Shown: positions 36,692 to 46,725 of the stretch, piece after piece | Layout: every line of letters starts with the position of its first letter | How positions within the stretch are numbered: position 1 is the first letter of the stretch | From: Heterodontus francisci | Taxonomy: Eukaryota | DNA: 64,000 nucleotides | Assembly (NCBI RefSeq): GCF_036365525.1 | Contig: NC_090418.1 | Location: forward strand, 5,309,492-5,373,491 | Direction of reading: 5' to 3' | Made by a program: the position numbers and the translations under genes | Notes under the pieces: model-generated | Database searches by the model: none | Seen by the model: only the letters and a program-made list of their open reading frames with translations | Told to the model about the DNA's origin: nothing

Positions 36692-37579
36692 CTGTAACAA
36701 GCACCAGGGGAAGGGGGAGGTCACAGAAGATAGCGTACATTATCTTTCAAAGAGGCAAATATCACCAACGTTCCTCAAGTTCCCCTCTGTATCTCCCCTC
36801 TGCCCCTCCTGTACCTTCCCCAAGTAGCCACTGTTCATTGACAAGAGAGTGAGTGGTGTGAGGCAATTCGACTGTGACTGGCATCATATCCAAGCTCAAT
36901 TTTGTCCCTAGCACTTGCACTTCCCAGCAGGAGCATCACTGGGTGTTCTACATCCTGACTGTGCTTCTTTGCGCTCAATCAGCTGCAGTCCCCTAGTAAA
37001 TCAACTTGAGACCCTTCACCCCAGCCTCAGTCTCCGAGCTTTCACTCATCCAATTCCGGCCTATTACACCTTTCCGTCATCAAGGAACACAGGAACAGGA
37101 GGAGACCATTCAGCCCCTCAAGTCTGTTTCGCCGTTCAGTTAGATTAATGCTGATCTGTATCTTAAATCCATTTACCCACTCTGGTTCAGTAACCCTTAA
37201 ACCCCTCACCCAACAAAAATCTATTAATCTCAGTTTTGAAATTTTCAACTGACCTCCGGACATTTTTGGGGGAGAGATTTACTTTGTGTGAAGAAGTGTT
37301 TCCTGACATCACCCCTGAACGGCCTGGCTCTAATTTGAAGGTTCTGCCCCCTCGTTCTGGACTCCCCCGCCACCCCACCCCCCCCCCCACCCACCACCAG
37401 AGGAAATAGTTTCTCTCTATCCGACCCTATCAACTCCTTTAATCATCGTAAACCCCTCGGTTCCTGGCCTGATCCTTAGCCATCAGCCCTGGAATGCAGT
37501 GAATCTTTTCCCCTCTCCTCAAAGACCTGCTCATAATTTACCTCCTTTACTACATATTCTATTGGCTGCTCCCAACTAA

Positions 37580-38015
37580 CCCCCTCCCCGACTCCAGCCC
37601 CCATCCACTTCCATCCCACTACCCCAAACCCCTCCCCTCCCTCATCCCTTGCCCCCCTCCCCAAACCCCCACTCCTCCTCACCCCTCCCTGCCACACCCC
37701 TCCCTCATCCCTTGCCCTCACCCTCCGCTCCACCCCTACACCTTCTCACCCCTCCCCTCCCTCTCCCCATCCACTCATCTCCCTCCCCTCCACCTTCCCC
37801 CTCCCTCCCTACTTCCGTCCCCTTCTCTTCCTAACCCCATCCCCACCTCTTCCCCAACACCCCTAACTACTGCCCCCTCACCTCCCCCTTCCTCTTCCCA
37901 CCCCCTCTCAACATACCACCCCCTTCCCCATCCCCCTCCCAATACCTCCAACACCCTTCCTCTCCCCCTCTCAACTACCCCCATCCCTCTCTTTCACAGC
38001 CTCCCCACCCCCCCG
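37580..38015. repeat. C-rich low-complexity tract (G-rich on the transcribed - strand)
   Basis: Directly visible. A similar tract lies at 56715-56865. Confidence 0.85.
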
Positions 38016-38142
38016 ATGCCTTGGGTTGTTCAGTGCCGAGATGGTGTAACAATGACCGAGGCCCTGGAAGGGAAATAATTCTGTTCCCTCATCCTAACCT
38101 CCCTCATCGGAGATGGTTGTTGATGTCTCTGCCATGACTCAC

Positions 38143-38190
38143 CTTGCAATCTGTAAGAAGAAGGGACCAGGTGGATGAATGAGCTTCTCC
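38143..38190 (-). CDS. TNFSF13: TNFSF13 exon 3 (48 bp): (R)RSSFIHLVPSSYRLQ
   Basis: Hand-translated. Acceptor ttctgtgcag, donor GTGAGT, phase 1/1. Matches the APRIL strand-A motif SVLHLVP. Confidence 0.9.
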
Positions 38191-41145
38191 CTGCACAGAA
38201 TGAGAACAGGGATCAGTTACAGTGACGTCATTTGATAACAGCGCACCTCCAGGGTATTGCTTACTGCAAATTGGGTATTAACTAAACCAACAACACAACA
38301 AGACTGTGTTCAAATCCCCTCCATGGCCTCGCTGCTCCCCGTCTCCTACCTTCTGCATCCCCACGTTGAAGGGAGTGGAGCATCAGAGTGTAGAAACCCT
38401 AGGGCCTGGGTGAGACAACACCTGGCTTACTGTGTACAGTTTGGTCTTGCTTCGGAGGGAGTGCAACAAAGGTTCACTAGACTGATTCCTGGGATGAAAG
38501 GATTGTCCTAGGAGGGATTCCCTAGAATGTGGAAGAATGAGAATCTCATTGAAACGTATAAAATTATTAAGGTGCTTGATGGGGTAGATGGTTCCCTGGC
38601 CCGGGAGTCTAGAACACGGGGTCACACTCTCAGGATAAGGGGTCGGCCATTTAGGACTGAGATGCGGAGAAAGTTCTTTGCTCAAAAGGTCGTGAATCTT
38701 TGGAATTTTCTACCCCAGAGAGCTGTGGATGCTCAGTCGTTGAGTACATCCAAGACTGATGTTGATAGATTTTTGGATAGTAAGGGAATGAAGGGATATG
38801 AGGATAGTGTGGGAAATGGAGTTGAGCAAGATGATCAGCCATGATGGTGTCAAATGGCCGAGTCCTACTTCCATTTCTTATCTACAACCCTCTGAGATCT
38901 CTGTATTCCTTCAACTGTGGCTTTTTTGTACATTTCCCCAAAACTTGGCCCCACTCTTAACATCTTCAGCTGCCTGGGGCCCTAAGCTCTGGAATTCCCT
39001 CCCTAAACCTCTCTGCCTCTCACTCCTCCTTTAAGACGCTCCCTTCAAACCGACCTCATTGACCGAGCTGATGGTCACCTGTCCCTAATATCTCCTTATG
39101 TGGCCGGGTGTCAAATTTAGTGTGATAAAACTCCTGTGGACTGCCTTGGGGACATCCTACTACAATAAAGGAACTGTGTAAATTTGAGTAGCTGCTCTTG
39201 TTTAATACAGAATTTATCAAGCTGCAATTGAATTCCAGGATCTGGTGAGTGATTTAAACGGAAATGGACACTTATGCTCAGTAAGGAGATGGACTGTCTG
39301 TGCAGATAATGACATTGCCCCCTCTGGCTCGAGCCAGGACAAGGTCCATCTGGGCTACATTAATCTGAGAGACAGTTTCCAATACCAGCCGGGCCGACAT
39401 TTGAAAAGGTCTTGTAAAAAGCAGACTGACAAATTTACTGACACACTGAGCAACAACTTGCATTTCTATAGCGCCTTTCACAACCTCAGTACGCCCCACA
39501 GGACTTGAAGTACTTTCGAGGTCACTGTTGTAATGTAGGAAGGTGCAGCAGCCAATTTGCGCACAGCAAGATCCCACAAACAGCAATGTGGTAATAACCA
39601 GATCATGTGTTTTTTTTTAGCCATGTTGGTTGAGGGATAAATATTGGCCCCAGGACACCGGGGAGAACTCCCCCCCTGCTCCCCAGGACACCGGGGAGAA
39701 CTACTCCCCCTCACCCCGCTCTGCGAAATAGTGGCCGTGGGATTGTTTACATCCAAGTCTGACAGCAGACAGGGCCTCACTTGAATATTGCATCTGAAAG
39801 ACAGCATCTCTGACAGTGCAGCACTCTGTCAGTACTGCACTGCGAGTGTCAGTCTGCATTATGTGCCAGAGTGGGACTTGAACTCATGACTTGCTGACTC
39901 AAAGGCAAGAATACGACCCACTGAGTCACAGCTGACACCACGCAATAGGAAGAGACAGTGGTAGCAGCCTCTGGATGGGAAGGTTGTGGGACTTGGTGGG
40001 GGTGGGGGCCCGCCCACCCCAGGGCATGAGTACGTGACCCAGGCCAACACGCTAGCGCACCAAGGCCTCATCTGGTAGGTCAGGCAGGAGCTAAATGTCC
40101 CAGGTGGGTAGATAGGAGTTAAAGTCAGCCATGATCTCGTTGAATGGAGGCAGGACAGGCTTGAGGGGCGGAATGAGCTATTCCTGTCTCAATCTTCCTG
40201 TGCTAATTGCCGATTGTGGGATCGTGCTGTGCACAAGATGGCTGCCACGCTTCACCCACACATTGGCCCTGTTGGTGATACATTGTGAAGCACTTTGCGA
40301 GTTTTCTGGGAGAATCACTGAGCTGCTACGCAAATGCAAGTCATCTCATAGAGACATGTTCAATTTCCACCACTCCCCTCCCCCAACTGGAGTCAGTGCT
40401 GTTTCACTAGGGACGGTCCGGTCCGGTCTGGGGCGGGAAGTGGGTGGAATTATCAGCCCGGGTTCCTGCTCCCCATCACCATCCTGTGCTGGAATGTGGG
40501 TGTGTGTGGATACTGGGTGAGCACTGATCAGCTGCAGCACCCCACCCCCCCACCCCACCATGGTTGAGTAGCTAAGTAACTTGACTATGAAAGAGTGGCC
40601 ACACGATCGAGGGACATCTTGTACCTGCGAAACCATACCTCGGTGAGAATCAGACCTTCAGCAGCGGAGGGGAGAATGAAATAAAATCCCCGAGGACTTG
40701 TACGCAGTTAGAACATGAGAAATAGCAGCAGGAGTAGGCCATTCAGCCCCTCGAGCCTGCTCCACCATTCAATAAGATCATGACTGATTATCTACCTCAA
40801 CTCCACTCTCCTGCCCTATCCCCACATCCCTTGATTCCCTTAGTATCCAAAAATCTATTGATCCCTGTTTGGAATATACTCAATGATGGAGCATCCACAG
40901 ACCTCTGGGGTAGAGAATTCCAAAGATTCATAAGAAACAGGAGCAGGAGTAGGCCATTCAGCCCTTCAGGATTTACACAGCTCCCGGGAGTTGTACAGTG
41001 TCCCAAGATCTATACAGCTCCTGGGAGTTGTCCATAGCCCCTGAGATTGGTACACAGCCCCTGAGTTCAGTCGAGGTCCAAAGCTCTTTACAGGCCCGGC
41101 TGACAGACTGTGAAAAGAAAGAAGACTAAATGATCTTATGCTCAC

Positions 41146-41308
41146 TTCTCTGTTTGTGCCTTCGTCTCTTGCCGGAGTCTCGTTCTACGCGGAGTGCTTG
41201 CCGCACTGGTTCCCTGTTGTGGGAGTGGGCAGGATGAACGGGATCCAGGAGTGGAGGTGTGGTCGAGGTGTTGGCAGGAGGCCTCCTGTTACCCAACACG
41301 GGGGAGAC
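41146..41308 (-). CDS. TNFSF13: TNFSF13 exon 2 (163 bp, stalk): VSPVLGNRRPPANTSTTPPLLDPVHPAHSHNREPVRQALRVERDSGKRRRHKQR
   Basis: Hand-translated. Acceptor ctgaccctgactctacccacag, donor GTGAGC. Phase 0/1 bridges exons 1 and 3. Basic stretch at the expected position. Confidence 0.78.
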
Positions 41309-41749
41309 CTGTGGGTAGAGTCAGGGTCAGAGGTCATTCCAAAAACACAATGTCAACAGAAGTAGTTTGGGGCTCAATTTCTGAGGGAGGTCATCTTGAA
41401 AATTCCTAAATTGTACAACACAAGCCAAGAGATTTTTCAGACGTTGCTTCGAATTTCACCCCTCCTCCTTCAGAGGCTTCTCTGGGGCTTGGTCTGACAA
41501 CATCCCACCTCAAAGGCCTCATTAGAAGATACTGGAGCCTGGAGTCAGCCGTGCCCCTGTGGATAGCGCTCTCAGACGTTGTGGGTTCGAATCCCACTCC
41601 AGAGACCTGAGCACATAATCCAGGCTGACTCTCCCACTGAAGGAGGGCTGCACTGTCAGAGGTGCTGTCCTTCGTTTGAGGCATTAAGCAGAGGGCCTGC
41701 CTGCCCTCTCGAGTGGATGTAAAACGTCCCGTGGCACGGTTTTTAAGAA

Positions 41750-42065
41750 GATTAGATTAGATTAGATTAGAGATACAGCACTGAAACAGGCCCTTCGGCC
41801 CACCGAGTCTGTGCCGAACATCAACCACCCATTTATACTAATCCTACACTAATCCCATATTCCTACCAAACATCCCCACCTGTCTCTATATTTCCCTACC
41901 ACCTACCTATACTAGTGACAATTTATAATGGCCAATTTACCTATCAACCTGCAAGTCTTTTGGCTTGTGGGAGGAAACCGGAGCACCCGGAGGAAACCCA
42001 CGCAGACACAGGGAGAACTTGCAAACTCCACACAGGCAGTACCCGGAATCGAACCTGGGTCCCTA
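41750..42065 (-). mobile_element. HE1-type (V-SINE) tRNA-derived SINE with (CTAAT)n tail, inserted into a Deu-type SINE
   Basis: The - strand has B box ggttcgattcc and body gtgtggagtttgcaagttctccctgtgtctgcgtggg. (attag)n repeat at 41750-41772. The host SINE continues on both sides. Confidence 0.75.
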
Positions 42066-45000
42066 GAGCAGGGGAGATCTCCCCGGTGATCTGTGGTCAA
42101 TATCTGTCCCTCAACTAACACCACTGAAAAAACAGATGATCTGGTCATTGTCACATTTGTGGCTGTAAAGTACGTGGGGACGGTCTGAGGTGGCAAAAGG
42201 TGCTACAGAAATGCAAGTTCTTTCTTTAAGTACTGTTTGCAAGTTAGCCTCACAGGCACCATCTGCATTTGATGAGAGCTCCCTGCTCCTGACTCCTGTC
42301 CAGTTGGCTTAGGATCGGCATCTAATATTTTCGGGAAATAGAAGGGGAATTTCTGTTGAGAAATCCTCCCTGGCAGCCTATTGTTGCTTCTAGGTGGGTG
42401 GGAGGACAGATGACAACCGCCAGTGGCTCTGCTGCCCATAACTGCAGAGATACAGGTTCAAATCTAGCCCAGACCTCCGCGATGAAACAAAAGACAAAAC
42501 ATTCTGGAAACACGCGAAGGGTCTGTCAACGTCGGTCAAGAAAAATGAGGATGAATTTTATCAGAGTGAATGGTCCCAGTCTCTCTCTCTCTCTCCCTCT
42601 GTGCTGGCCTCAAGAGCTCTCTATGAAATTTATCAAGCCAGTGAACATCAAGCTGTTAAATAAACATACTCCCAATTTCTCAACCAAAGTTCAAGAGAAA
42701 GTCGCCGAAACCTGTCTGGCCAACAGAAAAAAAAACTTGGCTCCAGTCCCCTTTGCATTTCACCCCTCTTCTCACTGGTCGAGCATTGCCTCAATTTTAA
42801 AATTCTTAAGAGTTCAAATCCCCTTCTCCCTCACTATCCCTGTAACCTCCTCCAGCCCTACAACCCTCCGGGATCGCTGCGCTCCTCCAACCCTTGAGCA
42901 TGCCCCGATTTCCATCGCTCCACCATTGGCGGACGTGCCTTCAGCTGCCTGGGGCCCTAAGCTCTGGAATTCCCTCCCTAAACCTCTCCACCTCTCTCTC
43001 TCTCTCTCCTCCTTTAAGTCGTTCCTTAAAACCCACCTGTCCAAATAACTCCTTACGTGGCTTTTGTCTGAGAGCACTCACATGAACGCTTTAACCTGTT
43101 GCCTTTTATGGGCTTCAGGACATTCTGAGGATTTGATAAGAATCATCGAATCATAATAGAATACAGCACAGGAGGACATTAGCCCATTGTGCCTGTGCTA
43201 GCTATCGGAGAGAGCTATCCAATTTGTGCCACTCTCCTGCTCTTTCCCCATACCAAACATTCCCCCTTTCGAGTATATATCCAATCCCCTTTTGAAAGTT
43301 ACTATTTACAGCTTTCCGGAAGTGGATTACAGCTAAGGTGTTATCAAATGCAGAGTTTTCTGCTACAATGTGTTGCCCTCACTGCCTTCTCTAGACACGC
43401 ATGCCGTGCAATGACCAGTCTTTGTCTAACTTCCTGGCTCCAGTCCTAAGCTTTCCTATTGCCCCTTTTGACACTGTGTCCTCCTGTTGGGTTGCCAACT
43501 CCTGGACACATTCCCGGAGTTTTTGTTGCTTGAGCTCCTGCCTCCGACTCCGTGCCCCCCCACTCTCCCGCCATTGGCCGCACAACAAGTCCATCCTCAT
43601 GGTGCTCCTGCCCTCCCACGGCCAATTGGAACATGAGCAGAATCCTCATTACCTGATTGGATGCTTCTTGACCCTCGGTCAAACAGTGATTTCCCTCCAT
43701 CTCATCTCCCATATTTTTATTATGCACAATTTAGAAAACAAAAACAGGCCATTCGGCCCATCTGTTCCGTGCTGGTGTTTATGCTCCACACGAGCCTCCT
43801 CCCACCCCCTCTTCATCTCACCCTATCAGCATACCCTTCTATTCCTTTCTCCCTCATGTGTTTATCCAGCTTCCCCTTAAATGTATCGACACTATTCACC
43901 TCAACCACTCCCTGTGGGAGCGAGTTCCACATTCTCACCACTCTCTGGGTGAAGACGTTTCTCCAGAATTCCCGATCGGATTTATGAATAACTGTCTTAT
44001 ATTGATGGCCCCTAGTTTTGGACTCCCCCGCAAAGATGTGTCTACCCGATCAAAAACAATACTTTTAACACTGTTTGTTATTACTACCCGGGTGTTACTT
44101 GTAGCATTTTCCAGGAGATTAACCTCTTAATTCCTGGAGAGCCTATCTCTATCCCTCACCACCCCCCCCCGCCCCCCGCAACAAGCGCTGACTCTCAGAG
44201 TTCAGTATGAAATCAGAGGGCTTACCTTTGCCATGTATCAGTTCAACGGATGAATGAACAATAAGACTGATATTACTCAGAGAAAAGCCAAGGGTGAGTC
44301 ACAGAAAAAAAACTGCATCGTAGACTGCCAGAACAACGCCCTATTAGTTTAACATTTTGGTTAGTCATCCTGACCACTAAATGTTCTAGTTAAAGAGGAA
44401 TCACTGGACTGGCCGGGACAATTCTAATGTACAACATCCTCAGTTCCCCTCCACCCCAAATAGGGGTCACCAGCCGCATTCCCCCCCCATTTCCCCCGCA
44501 GAATTGGCTTGGAGACTACAGGAATTCATTAACCTCTAGCCGCAAAAGCCTGGCTGGTAACTCCACTGGAGCTCTTAAACAGGAATGTTGCCATCTTTTT
44601 CATATTTTATTTGAAGACGCTCAACTGCAAAAATATTGGAGATGGGGATAAAGGGTTAAGAGTTATCCAATCAGGTAACAAAGAGTCTGCTTGCTTTCCT
44701 ATTGGCTGCGGAAGAACGGGGCATGGCATTGGGAGGATGGACCTCTTGAGCGGCCATTTGTGGGGTATGCAGAAGGTGAAGTGAAAGAACATCCAAGATT
44801 GGTCCAACCAGTGTTGGCAACCCTTTCTGCCCATGGGCTACCAATTCTAACCGAACCATTTCTACTGTGTTGCACAGATTTGTATACCAGCCGTGATTGC
44901 TCATGTGACAATGTCATCGCGTCACTGTGCATGCTCCCTTGCACGCTTGGTAAATACATCCACTGCTGCCCTGGGTCGCACCAAGTCTTGTTCCCCTATC

Positions 45001-45444
45001 ACCCACTGCGCTCGCTGACCTACATTGACTCCTGGTCCAGCAACGCCTCGATTTTAAAATTCTCATCCTTGTGTTCAAATTCCTCCATGGCCTTGCCCCC
45101 CCTGCCTATCTCTGCAACCTCCTCCAGCCCCACAACTCTCTGAGATCTCGACGCTTCTCCAATTCTGGTCTCTCGTGCGTCCTCGATTTCCATCGCTCCA
45201 CCATTGGCGGCCATGCCTTCAGCTGCCTGGGGCCCTAAGCTCTGTAATTCCCTCCGTAAACCTCTCCGCCTCTCTCTCTCCTCCTTGAAGATGCTCCTTA
45301 AAACCTACCTCTTTGACCCAGCTTTTGGTCACCCGCCATAAGCACCTTGGCATGTATTACTATGTTGAAGGCACCTTATAAAGGCACGTTTTTCTTGTTG
45401 TTAATGCAAGCCCAACACCTTAGTCTGACTGGAATGATATGACG

Positions 45445-45895
45445 TCGGGGATACCAACTCTGGACATATTCCAGGAAATTTCATAAACTCCTGCCCCAAC
45501 CGCCCCGCCCCCGCCATTGGTCGCCTGACGCGTCATTCTTCACACTCCTATGTCCCGCGACCAATCGGAACGCGAACAGACTCCACATTACCACCAGTCA
45601 AACAACCTTGTCTCTTTAACCCATTCCCAATATTTTTATAACCAGTTAAGCAAAAGAGCGGAGAGAAAATGAAAAACGAAACGTTAAAAGCCCCGTTCCG
45701 AAGAAGGGTCACTGACCCGAAACGTTAACTCTGCTTCTCTTTCCACAGATGCTGCCAGACCTGCTGAGTGGTTCCAGCATTTCTTGTTTTTATTTTATAT
45801 TATATTATTATATTAAAAGCCCCTTGGATTTCTCCCCTGGGTTCACTCACAGACGGAGATTAATCTTTAATTCCTGGGGGGTTGGCAAACCCTGA
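45445..45895. mobile_element. hAT/Tip100-like MITE (ends GGGTTGCCAAC...GTTGGCAACCC); one of about 7 related copies
   Basis: Degenerate TIRs ggggataccaac / gttggcaaaccc. The internal sequence matches 18425-18630, 30590-30845(-), 43489-43720, 44560-44823(-), 52955-53323 and 56060-56410. Confidence 0.6.
45695..45812 (+). mobile_element. ~118-bp Penelope terminal mini-insertion made of the hammerhead motif, 3' end and (TTATA)n tail
   Basis: gtt-CCGAAGA-a-gggtc-act-gaccc-GAAACGTT-aac. 11-bp TSD TTAAAAGCCCC at 45684-45694 and 45813-45823. Confidence 0.8.
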
Positions 45896-46530
45896 TCCTG
45901 GAGCGCAGAGATAGGTCTGCAACCTTAGACTGGCCAGGTAGTGGCCGAGGAAGCGGGGGAGAGGTCAGATGTCGAATTTTGAAGTCGGCGAATATTAAAA
46001 ATTTAGATCAAACCTTTGCACTTTGTGAGTTGGCGACACACTCTAGAAATTTCCAGATTTCGCACTTCCAAAATAAAACATTCACCTCCAACTCATTACA
46101 GAATCTTAAAGCATAGAAGGCGGCCACTCGGTCCATCATGAGAAACTATCCGATTAGTTCCACTCCCCCACTGCTCTTTTCTCCCATAGCCCTGTAATTT
46201 CTTTCCCTTTTCAAGCATTTATCCAGTCCTCTTTTGGAAAGTTATTACTGAATCTGCTCCCACCGTCCTTTCAGAGCACAACACTGGCTGTGCAGGAGCA
46301 AAATTCCTCCACACCTCCACCACTCCTATAACAAGCTATTGATGTATTTAATCCCAGAGTTTGTATTGTTTTATCTAGCTCTGATTCCTGGAGTTTGCAT
46401 CTGTCAGCTTTAGAGGCAACTTTAGCAAGCATATTTAAAATTGCACTATTGAGACTCTGAGGCCCCTTCTCTTCCCAGGGCTAGGTCTGGGACGTGCAGC
46501 TCGCAAATGGTTACAAATTCACAACCTGAC

Positions 46531-46725
46531 CTGTGGGGCACTGTGGTGCTCCCTTGTGCCCTGGGCACTGCACTCCTCCCTCAGGCTCTCCACCTCCCTC
46601 CTCAGTCTCTCCATTTCTGCCGACTGCAAAACCTGGGCCACCAGGCACAGCAAGACTCCGGCCAAAGCGGCCAGCCCCAAGGAGACTGGCAGCACCATCT
46701 GCTTCTCTCCTCTGCAGCCAGCCAT
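46531..46725 (-). CDS. TNFSF13: TNFSF13 exon 1: MAGCRGEKQMVLPVSLGLAALAGVLLCLVAQVLQSAEMERLRREVESLREECSAQGTREHHSAPQ
   Basis: aacATGG start, TM helix, and (E)LRREV coiled motif as in APRIL (LQSLRREV). Donor CAG|GTCAGG, phase 0. Confidence 0.88.

Larger units (their letters stand above)
31546..46725 (-). other. TNFSF13: TNFSF13 (APRIL)-like gene, complete 6-exon CDS, 771 nt / 256 aa type II membrane TNF-family ligand
   Basis: Exons of 195+163+48+113+142+110 nt join in frame. TM segment, stalk and TNF homology domain (HLVP, W, GYYFIYTQV, MGHVV, TLLRC, NTCYSAG, GDIIELVIPR, TFMG). It lies directly downstream of TNFSF12 on the same strand, which favours APRIL over BAFF/BALM. Confidence 0.88.

Noticed and set aside
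39274-39410. Extra APRIL exon between exons 2 and 3
   Set aside because: No GT donor (reads ATAAGT), stops in the frames checked, and exons 2 and 3 already join in phase.
42356-43048. 230-aa ORF
   Set aside because: Non-ATG start, and it runs through repeat-derived sequence including an L2 tail (WGPKLWNSLP).
44226-44275. Extra APRIL exon ending at a strong AAG|GTAAG donor
   Set aside because: All nearby acceptors give an in-frame stop from phase 0. At most a poison or cryptic exon, and unsupported.
31546-46725. Naming the gene TNFSF13B (BAFF) or BALM
   Set aside because: Some BAFF-like residues are present, but adjacency to TWEAK, the 48-bp HLVP exon, the short cytoplasmic tail and the basic patch favour APRIL. 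A phylogeny is still needed.
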